Position numbers and translations under genes: made by a program
IMG/VR virus record: IMGVR_UViG_3300037467_000746
Span: 1 to 49,046 of that record
DNA: 49,046 nucleotides
Direction: 5' to 3' (one strand)
DNA from: a virus
Taxonomy: Duplodnaviria > Caudoviricetes
In this document: positions 17,744 through 27,512 of the stretch, in pieces
Layout: every line of letters begins with the position of its first letter
Numbering within the stretch: position 1 is the stretch's first letter
The notes under the pieces: generated by a model
What the model was told of the DNA's origin: nothing
What the model saw: the letters and a program-made list of their open reading frames with translations, nothing else
The model's database searches: none

Positions 17744-19195
17744 ATGACGTCGATCGGCGTACAAGTATCAACGAGCCTGTCGAGCGGCCCGTCGAATGTG
17801 GGCACCCCCTCGGGTCGTCTTCACATCGCCGGGTTGACCGCGTACGGCCCGGCCGACAGGTCGGTGACTGTGAACAGCATCGCCAAGTTCGAAGCCCTGT
17901 ACGGGGCACGCACCGCCTATTCATCGAACGCTTATGACACGGCGCGGCTGTACTTCCAGGAGGGCGGCAACGAACTCGTCATGTCCCGCGTTGTCGGCCC
18001 GGCCGCGACGAAGGGCGCACTGACGCTGAAGGACTCGGCCGATGTGAACACGGTCAAGGTCGAAGCGAAAGACCCCGGCGCCGCGTCCGCTGATTACACG
18101 GTCACGGTCACGAACAACGGCGCAACCTTCGATGTGACGATCCGCCGCCTTGGTGTTGCCCTGCGCACCTACACCGGCCTCACGTCCCCGGCTGATTTTG
18201 TGCAGAAGGCCGCGACCGACACCTACGTCACCGTCACCAGCCTCGGCAGCGTCACGGCAGCGCCCGGGGATAACCCGAAGACCCTCGCCACGACCGCACT
18301 CTCGGCCGGCACCGACGACCGCGCATCTGTGACCGCGCAGCACCACATCGACGCCCTCGCCAAGGGTTCCGGCGCTGAGGGTGGGGCCGTGGCCGTACCC
18401 GGTTACACCGTGTCGCAGATCGGTTCCCTGCTGCTCGCGCACGCCGCCGCTACCGGCAAGGTCGCACTGCTCGCGCTCCCCGCGACCAGCACCCCCGACG
18501 AAGCCGCAGCTGCCGCCGCTGACCTGACCGCCGACGCGAACGGCGCCTACGGCGGCATCTTCTACCCGCACCTGATCATCCCCGACGGCGGCGGCACCCG
18601 CACCATCAGCCCCGAAGGCTACGTCGCTGCGGCCCGCGCCCGCGCGCACCGCGACACCGGCTTCTGGCAGGTACCTGCCGGCGACCGGGCAAAGACCCGT
18701 TGGGCTTTGGGTACGAACGTGCAGATCGACACCGTGCAGAACGGCGCCCTGGCTGACGCGCTCGTCAACGGCATCGTCACGACCGGGAACAGTGTCCGCC
18801 TGTACGGCTGGCAGTCGCTCAGCACGGACCGTGAGAACCTGGGCCTGCTCACCGCGCAGGACGCCCTGAACAACCTCACCCTGCAGGCCAAAGCCGCGCT
18901 TGAACCGTTCGTGTTCGCCACGAACGACGGCAAGGGCCACCTGCGCGGGTACATCGAGTCCGCGATCGTCGGCGTCCTCGACCCGATCGCGAAGCGGAAC
19001 GGCTTCTACGCCCTGCTCGATTCTGAGGATCAGGAGATCGACCCCGGCTACCGGGTCGACGTCGACGAGGCCCTGAACCCTGTCACCGCGCAGGCCGAGA
19101 ACAAGGTCATCGTGCAGTTCAGTGTGCGCCTGGCCCCGACGGCGCAGCTGATTCAGGTCGAAATCATCAAAGTGCCCCTCGCAGGCACCGTCTAA
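17744..19195 (+). CDS. contractile tail sheath protein
   Basis: FEALYG, YFQEGG..L.MSRVVG, WQVPAG, VRLYGWQSL, PFVF..NDG. Confidence 0.9.
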   Translation: MTSIGVQVSTSLSSGPSNVGTPSGRLHIAGLTAYGPADRSVTVNSIAKFEALYGARTAYSSNAYDTARLYFQEGGNELVMSRVVGPAATKGALTLKDSADVNTVKVEAKDPGAASADYTVTVTNNGATFDVTIRRLGVALRTYTGLTSPADFVQKAATDTYVTVTSLGSVTAAPGDNPKTLATTALSAGTDDRASVTAQHHIDALAKGSGAEGGAVAVPGYTVSQIGSLLLAHAAATGKVALLALPATSTPDEAAAAAADLTADANGAYGGIFYPHLIIPDGGGTRTISPEGYVAAARARAHRDTGFWQVPAGDRAKTRWALGTNVQIDTVQNGALADALVNGIVTTGNSVRLYGWQSLSTDRENLGLLTAQDALNNLTLQAKAALEPFVFATNDGKGHLRGYIESAIVGVLDPIAKRNGFYALLDSEDQEIDPGYRVDVDEALNPVTAQAENKVIVQFSVRLAPTAQLIQVEIIKVPLAGTV

Positions 19196-19215
19196 CAGGA
19201 GAGGGCATATAGATC

Positions 19216-19623
19216 ATGGCTAAGACTACTAAGCGGCTTTATCTCGTCACCGTCGAAGGTATCCCGGGTACGTGGCGCACGTTCAGCGGCGGCGCCGGCT
19301 CCGCGTCGGTAACGAAGGATTATGACGGTGGAAGTGACCGGGCGGATCTGCTGTCAGGCCCGCCCGAGTGGGACGATATCGAGGTTGTCCGCACCGTCGA
19401 CCCGACCCGCGACGACGCCTGGATCGCGACTTTGCGGAAGCTGATCGGCCGTGGCCGGTTCAACGTCACGAAGCAGGCGTGTGACGCGAACTGGGCGAAG
19501 GTTGGTAAGCCGACGTCGTACCCGAACTGCTTGCTGATCGGTCTCGGCGAACCGGAAACGGACTCGTCCTCTTCGGATGCGGCGGAGATCAAGCTGACGC
19601 TGTCGACGTCCGGCCCCGCCTAA
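19216..19623 (+). CDS. tail tube protein
   Basis: 135 aa directly after sheath; strong RBS AGGAGAGG. Confidence 0.8.
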   Translation: MAKTTKRLYLVTVEGIPGTWRTFSGGAGSASVTKDYDGGSDRADLLSGPPEWDDIEVVRTVDPTRDDAWIATLRKLIGRGRFNVTKQACDANWAKVGKPTSYPNCLLIGLGEPETDSSSSDAAEIKLTLSTSGPA

Positions 19624-19638
19624 CCAGGCGGCATAGTC

Positions 19639-19680
19639 TCCCGGTCGGGGCCTGTTGGGCGCAGGTAGCCCCGGCCGGGA
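19639..19680 (+). terminator. hairpin after the tail tube gene
   Basis: TCCCGGTCGGGGC...GCCCCGGCCGGGA. Confidence 0.5.
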
Positions 19681-19743
19681 CCCCCAAGAGTGTGGGGCGG
19701 TGTGACCTCTCGTTCGGCCTGCTCAGTGCCAACACGTCACCCG

Positions 19744-19782
19744 TCCCACACTCGCGCCCGGCCAAAACAGAACCTTTCTACA
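19744..19782 (+). promoter_or_regulatory. late-type promoter, leaderless (MTase 4)
   Basis: TCCCAC-N20-GAACCT-N6-ATG. Confidence 0.75.
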
Positions 19783-20453
19783 TGCGCCCCTACTACTCAG
19801 ACGAACTCGTCACGCTCTACCATGGCGACAGTATCGACCTCGCAGATATGTGGACCGCGGCTGACGTGCTGGTCACAGACCCGCCCTACGGAATGGCCTA
19901 CCGTGACAGGCAAGGCGTATCGATAGCTAACGACGACACCCTCGATGCCCGCGACGCGGCCCTGAAGCTATGGGGATCTAAGCCTGCCTTGTGCTTCGGT
20001 ACGTGGAAGGTTGAACGCCCCGCCGCGACGAGGCAAGTCCTAGTGTGGGATAAGTGGGGCGGCGGCGGGACCGTCGGCAGCCCGTCCTCGCCGTGGGCGT
20101 ACTCGCACGAAGAAATATACATGCTCGGCGACTGGCCGAAGCTAAAGCCGGGCGGGCGGGCGCGCGAGGGCGGAAAGCCATCCCGAACGAGCGGTGTGCT
20201 TCGGGTAGCCAACTACAACACGCAGGCCCGAGATAGGCCAGACCATCCGACCCCGAAGCCGGTCGCGCTGATGGAATCACTGATTGAACGATGCCCTGAC
20301 GGCGTGATCGCTGACCCGTTCGCAGGGTCAGGTTCGACGCTGGTAGCCGCGAAGAATCTAGGTAGGCGCGCCGTTGGTGTTGAGCTAGACGAACGGTACT
20401 GCGAACTGATTGCGCAGCGGTGCAGCGCGTGGACGCTGGACTTCGCAGCTTAG
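19782..20453 (+). CDS. beta-class N4-C/N6-A DNA methyltransferase
   Basis: VTDPPY, HPTPKP, DPFAGSGST; start MRPYYSDELV matches the MTase 2 N-terminus. Confidence 0.9.
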   Translation: MRPYYSDELVTLYHGDSIDLADMWTAADVLVTDPPYGMAYRDRQGVSIANDDTLDARDAALKLWGSKPALCFGTWKVERPAATRQVLVWDKWGGGGTVGSPSSPWAYSHEEIYMLGDWPKLKPGGRAREGGKPSRTSGVLRVANYNTQARDRPDHPTPKPVALMESLIERCPDGVIADPFAGSGSTLVAAKNLGRRAVGVELDERYCELIAQRCSAWTLDFAA

Positions 20454-20466
20454 GACACAGGCCCCG

Positions 20467-20505
20467 TCCCACACGCTGGGGCGGGGCGTTGCCATGCTCA
20501 GCAGG
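20467..20505 (+). promoter_or_regulatory. late-type promoter (chaperone/tape measure operon)
   Basis: TCCCAC-N20-CATGCT; RBS AAAGGA before 20552. Confidence 0.75.
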
Positions 20506-20551
20506 TAGGGCCTGTTGACCCGCGACAGGGCACTGAGCAAAAGGACACATA

Positions 20552-21139
20552 ATGACTGTTTACGGATACGAAGAAGCGCCCGACCTGACCGACGGCGACA
20601 CCACGATCCGGCCGGCGAACGCCGAAGAAATCGGCTACAACCCGATCACCCCCGTCACGACCGGGGGCGCGCACGCGGGCGAGGGGTCGCTGTTCGATGA
20701 ACTGCTGTCCATGGCTGACGAGGAAGTCACCAACGTGCAGAAGTTCCCCGTCACCTACCGCCCGGGCGGCTGGGTGTTGGAGTTCAACTGCGTGTACACA
20801 GAGCGCGAGATCAAGCGCTACCGGAACACCGCGATCGGTAAGAAGAAGCGCGCCGAAGACGCCGACTCGTCCCTGTTCCACGCGATGCAGCTGCTCGACA
20901 AGAACACCGGCATCTACAAGCAGACCCCCGACGGCCTGAAGCAGGTCCTCGACGGCGACGAAGAACCCCTGCTGCTGAACTCCACCGAGTTCGTGACCGC
21001 GTTCGGCAAGGGCGGCACCGCCCACCAGGCGCTCGTCAAGTTCCTCGGTGACGCGGAAACGATCAACATCGGCGGGGCCGTCCTGAACGCGGCCGGTTGG
21101 GGCGAAGACCTCGAACCGCTGGACCCTACCGAAGCCTAA
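20552..21139 (+). CDS. tail assembly chaperone
   Basis: Between tube and tape measure; acidic; ends ...LDPTEA. Confidence 0.75.
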   Translation: MTVYGYEEAPDLTDGDTTIRPANAEEIGYNPITPVTTGGAHAGEGSLFDELLSMADEEVTNVQKFPVTYRPGGWVLEFNCVYTEREIKRYRNTAIGKKKRAEDADSSLFHAMQLLDKNTGIYKQTPDGLKQVLDGDEEPLLLNSTEFVTAFGKGGTAHQALVKFLGDAETINIGGAVLNAAGWGEDLEPLDPTEA

Positions 21140-21330
21140 CCCCTTGGCTCGCCGACCATGACGCCTTTATCCAGCAAGCACGTGTGGCGGAACGCCTCGG
21201 GCTGGACCCGGTAACGGTGTTGCGCGAGACGGACTGGCGGAACCGGGCCATCCGCACGGCGGCCGGGATCGTGGCATGGCGGGACGACGAAACAAGGGCT
21301 AAGGCACAAGCCGAAGCGAATAAACGATGA
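21124..21330 (+). CDS. -1 frame extension of the tail assembly chaperone (G-T type product)
   Basis: Open -1 frame (PYRSLTPWLADH...AERLGLDPVTVL) filling the gap to the tape measure gene, with no good start of its own. Confidence 0.6.
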   Translation, partial: PYRSLTPWLADHDAFIQQARVAERLGLDPVTVLRETDWRNRAIRTAAGIVAWRDDETRAKAQAEANKR

Positions 21331-21343
21331 GAAGGGGGCGCGC

Positions 21344-23812
21344 ATGGCAACTAACGAGACCGTGACGCTGACGGCGGAACTCAAAGACGAAATGAGCGCC
21401 CCCCTCGACGACGCCGCCAAGAAAGTCGACGACTTCACCAAGACGGTACAGAAGGGCGCGCAGCGGCAACGCGACGCTAACGGCCGGTTCATCAAATCGA
21501 CCGCGCAGATCAGCAAAGAGGTTCAAAAGCAGCGCAAGCAGTACACCGGCCTGCTCGGCATCTTCCAGAAGGTCGGGATCGGCGGACAGAAACTGTTCGG
21601 CGGGTTGTCGTCGTCCGTGTCGAAGTCCTGGCAAAGGATCGCCGGGGACGCTAATCGGTCAGGTAAGGACGCGGGCGACGCCTTCGGGAACGGGCTGCGC
21701 GCCACCCTGAAATACGCTGTCGCCGGGGCCGCAGTGATCGGCGCGGGAGCGCTTATGGCCGGGTTCGTGAGGGAAGCGGCGAACGCCTCGGACGCGACCG
21801 ACAAGTTCCGCGCGACCATGTCGTTCGCCGGCCTGAACACGACGGCGATTGATATGGCGGCGAAGGCCGCGAAAGCCTACGCCGACCAGACTGTCTACGA
21901 CCTGCCGACCATTCAGAACATGATGGCGCAGCTGGCATCGAACGGCATCAAGGATTACACCGGCCTGACCAAGGCCGCGGGTAACCTGAACGCCGTCGCG
22001 GGCGGCAACGCCGACACGTTCAAATCGGTCGCGATGGTCATGACGCAGACAGCCGGTGCCGGGAAGCTCACGACCGAGAACTGGAACCAGTTGACCGACG
22101 CGATCCCCGGCGCGGCAGGCCCCCTCATGAAAGCCATGAGCGCAGCCGGTGCCTATACCGGTAATTTCCGTGAGGAAATGGAGAAGGGCGAGATCACGTC
22201 CGACGAGTTCAACAAGGCGTTGATGAAGCTCGGGACGATGCCGGTCGCTGTCGAAGCGGCGAAGTCAACGGCCACGTTCGAAGGCGCGCTCGGGAACCTG
22301 AAGGCGACGATCAACTCGGGCCTGATGGTCGTGTTGGACGCCTTGAAGCCGAAGATCACCAAGACGATCACCCTGCTGTCCGATGGTCTCGGCGGGGCGG
22401 TGGACAAACTCACGACCGCGATCAGCGTGTTCAAGGGCGGCGGGACGACCGTCAACATCGGCACCGCCCTTGGCCTGTCCGGTAACAGCCTGAACATGTT
22501 CGTCACCGCGATCGCCTGGATCGAGAAAGCGCACGCCGCGTTCGACCGGTTCAAGACCATGATCGCCGGGTTCGGTACCGGGCAGTGGTCCGGCATCATC
22601 GGCGGCGCGCTGCTGCTGGTGGCCGCGTTCGGGAAGTTCGCCCCGATCATCGGACTGTTCGCGAAACTCGGCCCTGTCTTCACCCAGTTGGGCGGGGCGC
22701 TGAAGTTCCTGCTCGGCCCGATCGGGATCATCGCCGGCCTGTTCATCTACGCCTACTCAACGTCTGAGCAGTTCCGCAACACGATCAACAGCCTGCTAAC
22801 GACCGTCCTCGGACTGGTGGGCGGGCTGCTGACGTCGCTGATGCCCGTCTTCCAGCAACTCATTACCGCGATCATGCCGATCCTGACGAACCTGATGCAG
22901 CAGCTTGTCCCGGTTTTTACGATGATCCTGTCGGCCGTCGCCCCGCTGGCGGTCATGCTGATCAGCCAACTCGCCCCGGTGTTCCTGCAGCTGATCGGCG
23001 CCGTCCTGCCCCCGCTCATGGGCCTGCTGGGCGTCCTCGTCCCGATCTTCGGGCAACTGATCACCGCGATCGCCCCGATCATCCCCCCGATCGCCGAAAT
23101 CGTGGGTCTGCTGCTGAACCTGGCCGTTCAGATCCTCACCCCGCTGATCCCGCTGATCTCGTCGATCGCATCGATCCTCGCGACCATCCTCGGCGGCGCG
23201 ATCCAATACGTCCTGATGCCGGTCATCAAGTTCCTGATCGACGCCCTCGTCAACCTGGTGACCTTCCTCAAAGGCCCGCTGGGTGAGGCGATCAACTGGA
23301 TCGCGGGCCTGTTCGAGGGCCTTGGCGGGATGATCAAGGACACGCAGAAGAACATCGGCGACTTCGTGTCCAACCCGCTCGGCGGGATACAGGACATGCT
23401 TGGCATTCCGAAGAACAGCGGCGGGGGCGTGTACTCGGGCGGCGGTGTCGTCGGTGCTTTCGCGGGCGGCGGTGTCCTCGGCGGCTACGCACCCGGGCAT
23501 GATTCGATACTGGCACGGCTGTCCCCTGGCGAGTCCGTGCTGGTGCCGGAACTGACGCGGGAACTCGGGCCGCAGAACATCATGGCAGCCAACGCCGCCG
23601 CCAGTGGTGGCCGCCCCGCAGGCAGCGGTCCGGCGCTAACGTCCGGTTACTCGGGTAGGGGCGGCGGGAACTCGACCAGCCTCTCAATCGGGCAGGTAAA
23701 CCTGAACGTGCCTGTCAGCGCGGCGGGCACGGTCGACCTCGACGCCCTCCACACAGTCGCCGTCGGCGCGATGCAGGACGCCCTCGACGAACACAACCGC
23801 AGGAGCTACTAA
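21344..23812 (+). CDS. tape measure protein
   Basis: 822 aa; tape-measure domain (QTAGAGKLTTENWNQL) and amphipathic Pro-spaced repeats. Confidence 0.92.
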   Translation: MATNETVTLTAELKDEMSAPLDDAAKKVDDFTKTVQKGAQRQRDANGRFIKSTAQISKEVQKQRKQYTGLLGIFQKVGIGGQKLFGGLSSSVSKSWQRIAGDANRSGKDAGDAFGNGLRATLKYAVAGAAVIGAGALMAGFVREAANASDATDKFRATMSFAGLNTTAIDMAAKAAKAYADQTVYDLPTIQNMMAQLASNGIKDYTGLTKAAGNLNAVAGGNADTFKSVAMVMTQTAGAGKLTTENWNQLTDAIPGAAGPLMKAMSAAGAYTGNFREEMEKGEITSDEFNKALMKLGTMPVAVEAAKSTATFEGALGNLKATINSGLMVVLDALKPKITKTITLLSDGLGGAVDKLTTAISVFKGGGTTVNIGTALGLSGNSLNMFVTAIAWIEKAHAAFDRFKTMIAGFGTGQWSGIIGGALLLVAAFGKFAPIIGLFAKLGPVFTQLGGALKFLLGPIGIIAGLFIYAYSTSEQFRNTINSLLTTVLGLVGGLLTSLMPVFQQLITAIMPILTNLMQQLVPVFTMILSAVAPLAVMLISQLAPVFLQLIGAVLPPLMGLLGVLVPIFGQLITAIAPIIPPIAEIVGLLLNLAVQILTPLIPLISSIASILATILGGAIQYVLMPVIKFLIDALVNLVTFLKGPLGEAINWIAGLFEGLGGMIKDTQKNIGDFVSNPLGGIQDMLGIPKNSGGGVYSGGGVVGAFAGGGVLGGYAPGHDSILARLSPGESVLVPELTRELGPQNIMAANAAASGGRPAGSGPALTSGYSGRGGGNSTSLSIGQVNLNVPVSAAGTVDLDALHTVAVGAMQDALDEHNRRSY

Positions 23813-24478
23813 ATGGTGAGGGTACTCGTCGCCCGGTCAGCCGGCGCGAACAGCATGTACGTGACGAACACGGCGGGGAAGCGTTTCCCGCTGTACATGG
23901 CACCGACAACGTTCGAGCATTCCGAGGTTGCGAAGTGGGGAACTGTTGAGCGGGAAGGGTTGAAGCCTATTTCGACGATCATCGGCCCGTCGTTCCGTAC
24001 CCTGAAGTTCTCCCACCGCATCGGCTCACTCGACTACCGGGCGAGCATTGAGCATGTGATCCTGCCGCTGACGGACCTCGCCAAGTCGGGGCAGAAGGTA
24101 CGCTTCGTCGGCGGGTCGTCCGCCTACGAACAGTCGGTTTGGTGGAGGATTATTGACCTGCCGGTGAAGGTCGAGCAGCGCGCCGCGGACAACCGGATCA
24201 GCCGGGCGACCCTGGAGTGGTCCCTTGAAGAGGCCGGCAGTCTGCCCTCGAACCTGATCAAGGCCGGTGGTAAGCCGATCACCGCCGCACCCTCCGCGTC
24301 CAAGACCAGCGGCACTAGGACGTACAAGGTTGTCGCCGGGGACTCGCTGTCTGGGATCGCCTATAAGCTCTACCGCAACTATGCGCGATGGAGTGAGATC
24401 TGGAACCTGAACCGGTCGGCGATCCCTAACCCAAACGTGATCCGCGTCGGCATGATTTTGCGGGTGCCCCTCCGGTGA
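23813..24478 (+). CDS. tube initiator-like protein with C-terminal LysM domain
   Basis: YKVVAGDSLSGIAYKLY....W.EIWNLN...IPNPNVIRVGMILRVP. Confidence 0.85.
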   Translation: MVRVLVARSAGANSMYVTNTAGKRFPLYMAPTTFEHSEVAKWGTVEREGLKPISTIIGPSFRTLKFSHRIGSLDYRASIEHVILPLTDLAKSGQKVRFVGGSSAYEQSVWWRIIDLPVKVEQRAADNRISRATLEWSLEEAGSLPSNLIKAGGKPITAAPSASKTSGTRTYKVVAGDSLSGIAYKLYRNYARWSEIWNLNRSAIPNPNVIRVGMILRVPLR

Positions 24479-25854
24479 GTACCCTCATGAACGGCTCACG
24501 CCTGAAAAAGATCACCGTCTCCGGTTCGCGGCTCGGGAATAACCTCGAAGCCTCGTGCGTGGGCGCGTCGCTGTCGCTGTCGAACAGCCAGGTCACGGAG
24601 ATGTCGCTGCAGTTCCTCGACTCACCTGACCTTGATTTGTTCTCGTCGAACATGTTCCGCAACGGCGCGTCACTCCGCTACGACACCTGGCAACTGGCAT
24701 GTAACGGTGTGAAGCTCACGTCGGGGAAGGCGGGGCCGGTCGTCACCGTCACGGCCCCGTCACGGTTCGTTCTGGCGCTGCGGAAGCAGACCGGCGCGAA
24801 GTCCTGGGGCGACACCAACGTCTCTGCATGGGTGCAGTCGGTCGCCGCGTCGGTGGGCATGTCCCACCATGTGCAGCCCGGGTTGGGGACGAAGACGATC
24901 GCGCGGAAGAAGCCCGAGACCGGGCAGAAACCCGAATCAACATGGGACGTCCTCACGCAGATGGCGAAGGAAACCGGTGTTTGGCTGTTCGAGTACGGCA
25001 CGACGCTGGTCTTCGCGAAACCGTCCTACATGGTGCGTGCGCCGTGGCCGCGGAAGACGTGGTCGCTGGTCTGGAACCAGTGGGGGGATTATTCCTCGGG
25101 CATGACTGGGATGCCTGACTACACGAACGACCCCGACGCGGACTACCCCGAAACCCTGACTGTGAAACTGGTCTCCGCTGATGCTGACACGGCGAAGCCG
25201 GGCGACACACTGATCCTCCGTGGCAGGCATGTGGGGCCGATGGGCGGCACCTGGATTATCAAAGGGGTAGAGATGCCGTTGAAGGCCGCGCAGCCGGTCG
25301 TGGTGACCGCGCAGCGCCCGCTTGATCCGAAGATCGAGAAGAAGAAGACCTCGACGTCGACGACGCCGGGCAAGCTCGACAACCCGGTCCCGACCGCGTC
25401 CGGCGCTGAGGGTTCGGTCGACGTGTGGGTGCAGAACGTCAACGGCCGCGCGATCGACATCGACGGGGCGTACGGGGCGCAGTGTGTCGACCTCGCCAAC
25501 CACTTCCACCTGTACTGTGTCGGGGCGGGCACAAGGGTTATGGGTAACGGTAACCAGTGGTTCGATGCGGCCCCGGCGAACCTGTACAACAAGCTTGGCC
25601 CGTCCGCTACGGCGGCGAAGGGCGATATTGCGTGCTGGAACGGGTACTACGGTGTGATCGACGGTGTGAGTTATGGGCACGTCGCGATCGTCCTCGACGA
25701 CCTCGGCAGCAGCTTGAAGGTTATGACGCAGAACCCGGGCGGCGCCCACGTCGACACCCTCAGCAAGCAGGGCATTCAAGGCTACCTGCGGCCGAAGCGG
25801 TTCAGTTCAAGCACGCCCGCGAGAGCGACGGGCGGCCCGGTGAAGGTGGTCTAG
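24475..25854 (+). CDS. baseplate hub protein with C-terminal CHAP peptidoglycan hydrolase
   Basis: Hub-like N-terminus (ESTWDVLTQMA); DGAYGAQCVDL...GDI..W...YGHVAIV...QN. Confidence 0.82.
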   Translation: MSTLMNGSRLKKITVSGSRLGNNLEASCVGASLSLSNSQVTEMSLQFLDSPDLDLFSSNMFRNGASLRYDTWQLACNGVKLTSGKAGPVVTVTAPSRFVLALRKQTGAKSWGDTNVSAWVQSVAASVGMSHHVQPGLGTKTIARKKPETGQKPESTWDVLTQMAKETGVWLFEYGTTLVFAKPSYMVRAPWPRKTWSLVWNQWGDYSSGMTGMPDYTNDPDADYPETLTVKLVSADADTAKPGDTLILRGRHVGPMGGTWIIKGVEMPLKAAQPVVVTAQRPLDPKIEKKKTSTSTTPGKLDNPVPTASGAEGSVDVWVQNVNGRAIDIDGAYGAQCVDLANHFHLYCVGAGTRVMGNGNQWFDAAPANLYNKLGPSATAAKGDIACWNGYYGVIDGVSYGHVAIVLDDLGSSLKVMTQNPGGAHVDTLSKQGIQGYLRPKRFSSSTPARATGGPVKVV

Positions 25855-26256
25855 ATGAGTGTGTGGGCTGGTTTGATCGTCTCCCGGGTGCTGCGCCTGG
25901 CTGAGTCCCTGTCCCCTGACGGGGCCGAAGTCGACGCGCTGATCGCTACGGCGGGGCCAAGGTTGGAAGTCGCTGAGCCGTTGGCTGCTGCGGCGTCGGT
26001 GCATGGGATCGAGATCCCCGACACCGACGAGCACCTGCGCCTGTTCCTGGCCGTCCGCAACACCGCGGCGAAGGTGGATCTGAACGTGCGCGGCCTGATC
26101 GTCGCCACGGCCGATTTGCGGCTCGGGCTGACGGTGGGCCGTGGGCGCGTGGTCGAATCATACGGGGCGGGTCTGACAGTGATCCTCAACCCCGGCGCCG
26201 GCCGCTACGCCGAGGCGTTCCGCGTGCCCGGCGTGCAGACCCTCGGGGGCGCGTAG
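25855..26256 (+). CDS. hypothetical baseplate-region protein
   Basis: Contiguous ORF with typical codon bias. Confidence 0.7.
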   Translation: MSVWAGLIVSRVLRLAESLSPDGAEVDALIATAGPRLEVAEPLAAAASVHGIEIPDTDEHLRLFLAVRNTAAKVDLNVRGLIVATADLRLGLTVGRGRVVESYGAGLTVILNPGAGRYAEAFRVPGVQTLGGA

Positions 26257-26507
26257 TGGTTGCCCTGCGTATGCCTGAACAGCGGCCGGTCGCATCGTCA
26301 GGCCGTGGCGCCATCCCGTCGATCTGGCGCGGGAACATCGTCGAAGTCTATTCAGACCAGACCGTAGCGGCCCTCGTGCCGTCCCTGTACGGCGACCAGG
26401 CCCACCGCATGCCCTGCGTTGTTGCCGGCCTCGTTGTCGGCGACAGGTGCCTTGTGGCGGCGATAGAAGGCCGCGCCGACGACCTGATCGTCATCGCCCC
26501 GGGCTAA
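26256..26507 (+). CDS. short baseplate spike-like (OB-fold-like) protein
   Basis: WRGNIVEV....V..LVP.L....VGDRCLVA; synteny. Confidence 0.5.
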   Translation: MVALRMPEQRPVASSGRGAIPSIWRGNIVEVYSDQTVAALVPSLYGDQAHRMPCVVAGLVVGDRCLVAAIEGRADDLIVIAPG

Positions 26508-26511
26508 GCCT

Positions 26512-26550
26512 TCCCACACGGCCCCCCATATCACAGGCACCGTGTGGGTA
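26512..26550 (+). promoter_or_regulatory. late-type promoter, leaderless
   Basis: TCCCAC-N20-CACCGT-N6-ATG. Confidence 0.8.
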
Positions 26551-27512
26551 TGACCGTCTCTAATACGTTGCGTTTCCTGCTGAAGAAGTACAGCAGCGGC
26601 GGCGACCCGCACCCCACCCGCGAAGAACACAACGCGATGATCGACGCGGTCGAGAATAACGCGGTCATGGGCGCGCAGGGCATCACCGATGCCCGCCCGG
26701 CCGCGGGTAAGGGTCTCAGGTTTTTTTGGGACGAGACCGTCAAGCGGATGTGGTTCGATGACGGGTCGAACTGGAACGACCTGAACCCGAACGGCGGCGG
26801 CGGTGCCGGCACAACCATCGCCCCCGGCGTCGCGGCCGTTGAGGGATCGTCCGTCAGGGCTGCCAGGGCCGATCACACTCACCTGCTGCCGTTGGCTACG
26901 GCGTCCGCGCACGGCGCTATGGCCGCGTCTGACAAGGCGAAATTGGACGGTGCGGCATCATCCGCGACCCCCTCAACTTTGGCTGTCAGGGACGCATCAG
27001 GCCGCCTCAGCGTTGGCACCCCGACCGACCCGGCCCACGCCACCACGAAGGCGTACACCGACGGGCTGTCAACGGCGAACGCCGACTACACCGATCAGCA
27101 GGTCGGCCCCGGCCTGACCGCCCGTTCCTGGCCCCTCGGCGCCGCAGCCGGGTACGTGGTTAGCGGGAAGATCATTTCGGTGCCGTTCGCGAACAAAACC
27201 CACGTGACCGGCACGATCAAACTCGCCAAAGCCAACGGCGCGACCCCCGCCACCATCGCAGGCGGCGGCGACAAAGCGTTCGTCTCGTTGGGCGCGATCA
27301 TCCCCGCCGAGATCCGCGAAGCCTCGCAACCGGGTATCGACGCCGTCCGCATGCTGCACGGCGGCGCCGCAGCCGCCGCGATCCAAACCATCGTCGAACC
27401 GTCCAGCGGCCGTGTCATGGTCAGGGCGAACGACGCCGGGGGCCTCACCTGGGGGTCGAACGCCGAAATGAGCCTGAACTTTTCCTACTACGTTGAGACG
27501 GTCGTCGTATGA
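26550..27512 (+). CDS. minor tail / fibre protein
   Basis: ARADHTH, GAMAASDKAKLDG, PTDPAHATTKAYTD fibre-type motifs. Confidence 0.75.
   Translation: MTVSNTLRFLLKKYSSGGDPHPTREEHNAMIDAVENNAVMGAQGITDARPAAGKGLRFFWDETVKRMWFDDGSNWNDLNPNGGGGAGTTIAPGVAAVEGSSVRAARADHTHLLPLATASAHGAMAASDKAKLDGAASSATPSTLAVRDASGRLSVGTPTDPAHATTKAYTDGLSTANADYTDQQVGPGLTARSWPLGAAAGYVVSGKIISVPFANKTHVTGTIKLAKANGATPATIAGGGDKAFVSLGAIIPAEIREASQPGIDAVRMLHGGAAAAAIQTIVEPSSGRVMVRANDAGGLTWGSNAEMSLNFSYYVETVVV

Noticed and set aside
22750-23330. Hydrophobic periodic stretch as a membrane transporter or DNA repeat array
   Set aside because: Typical amphipathic repeats of a tape measure protein
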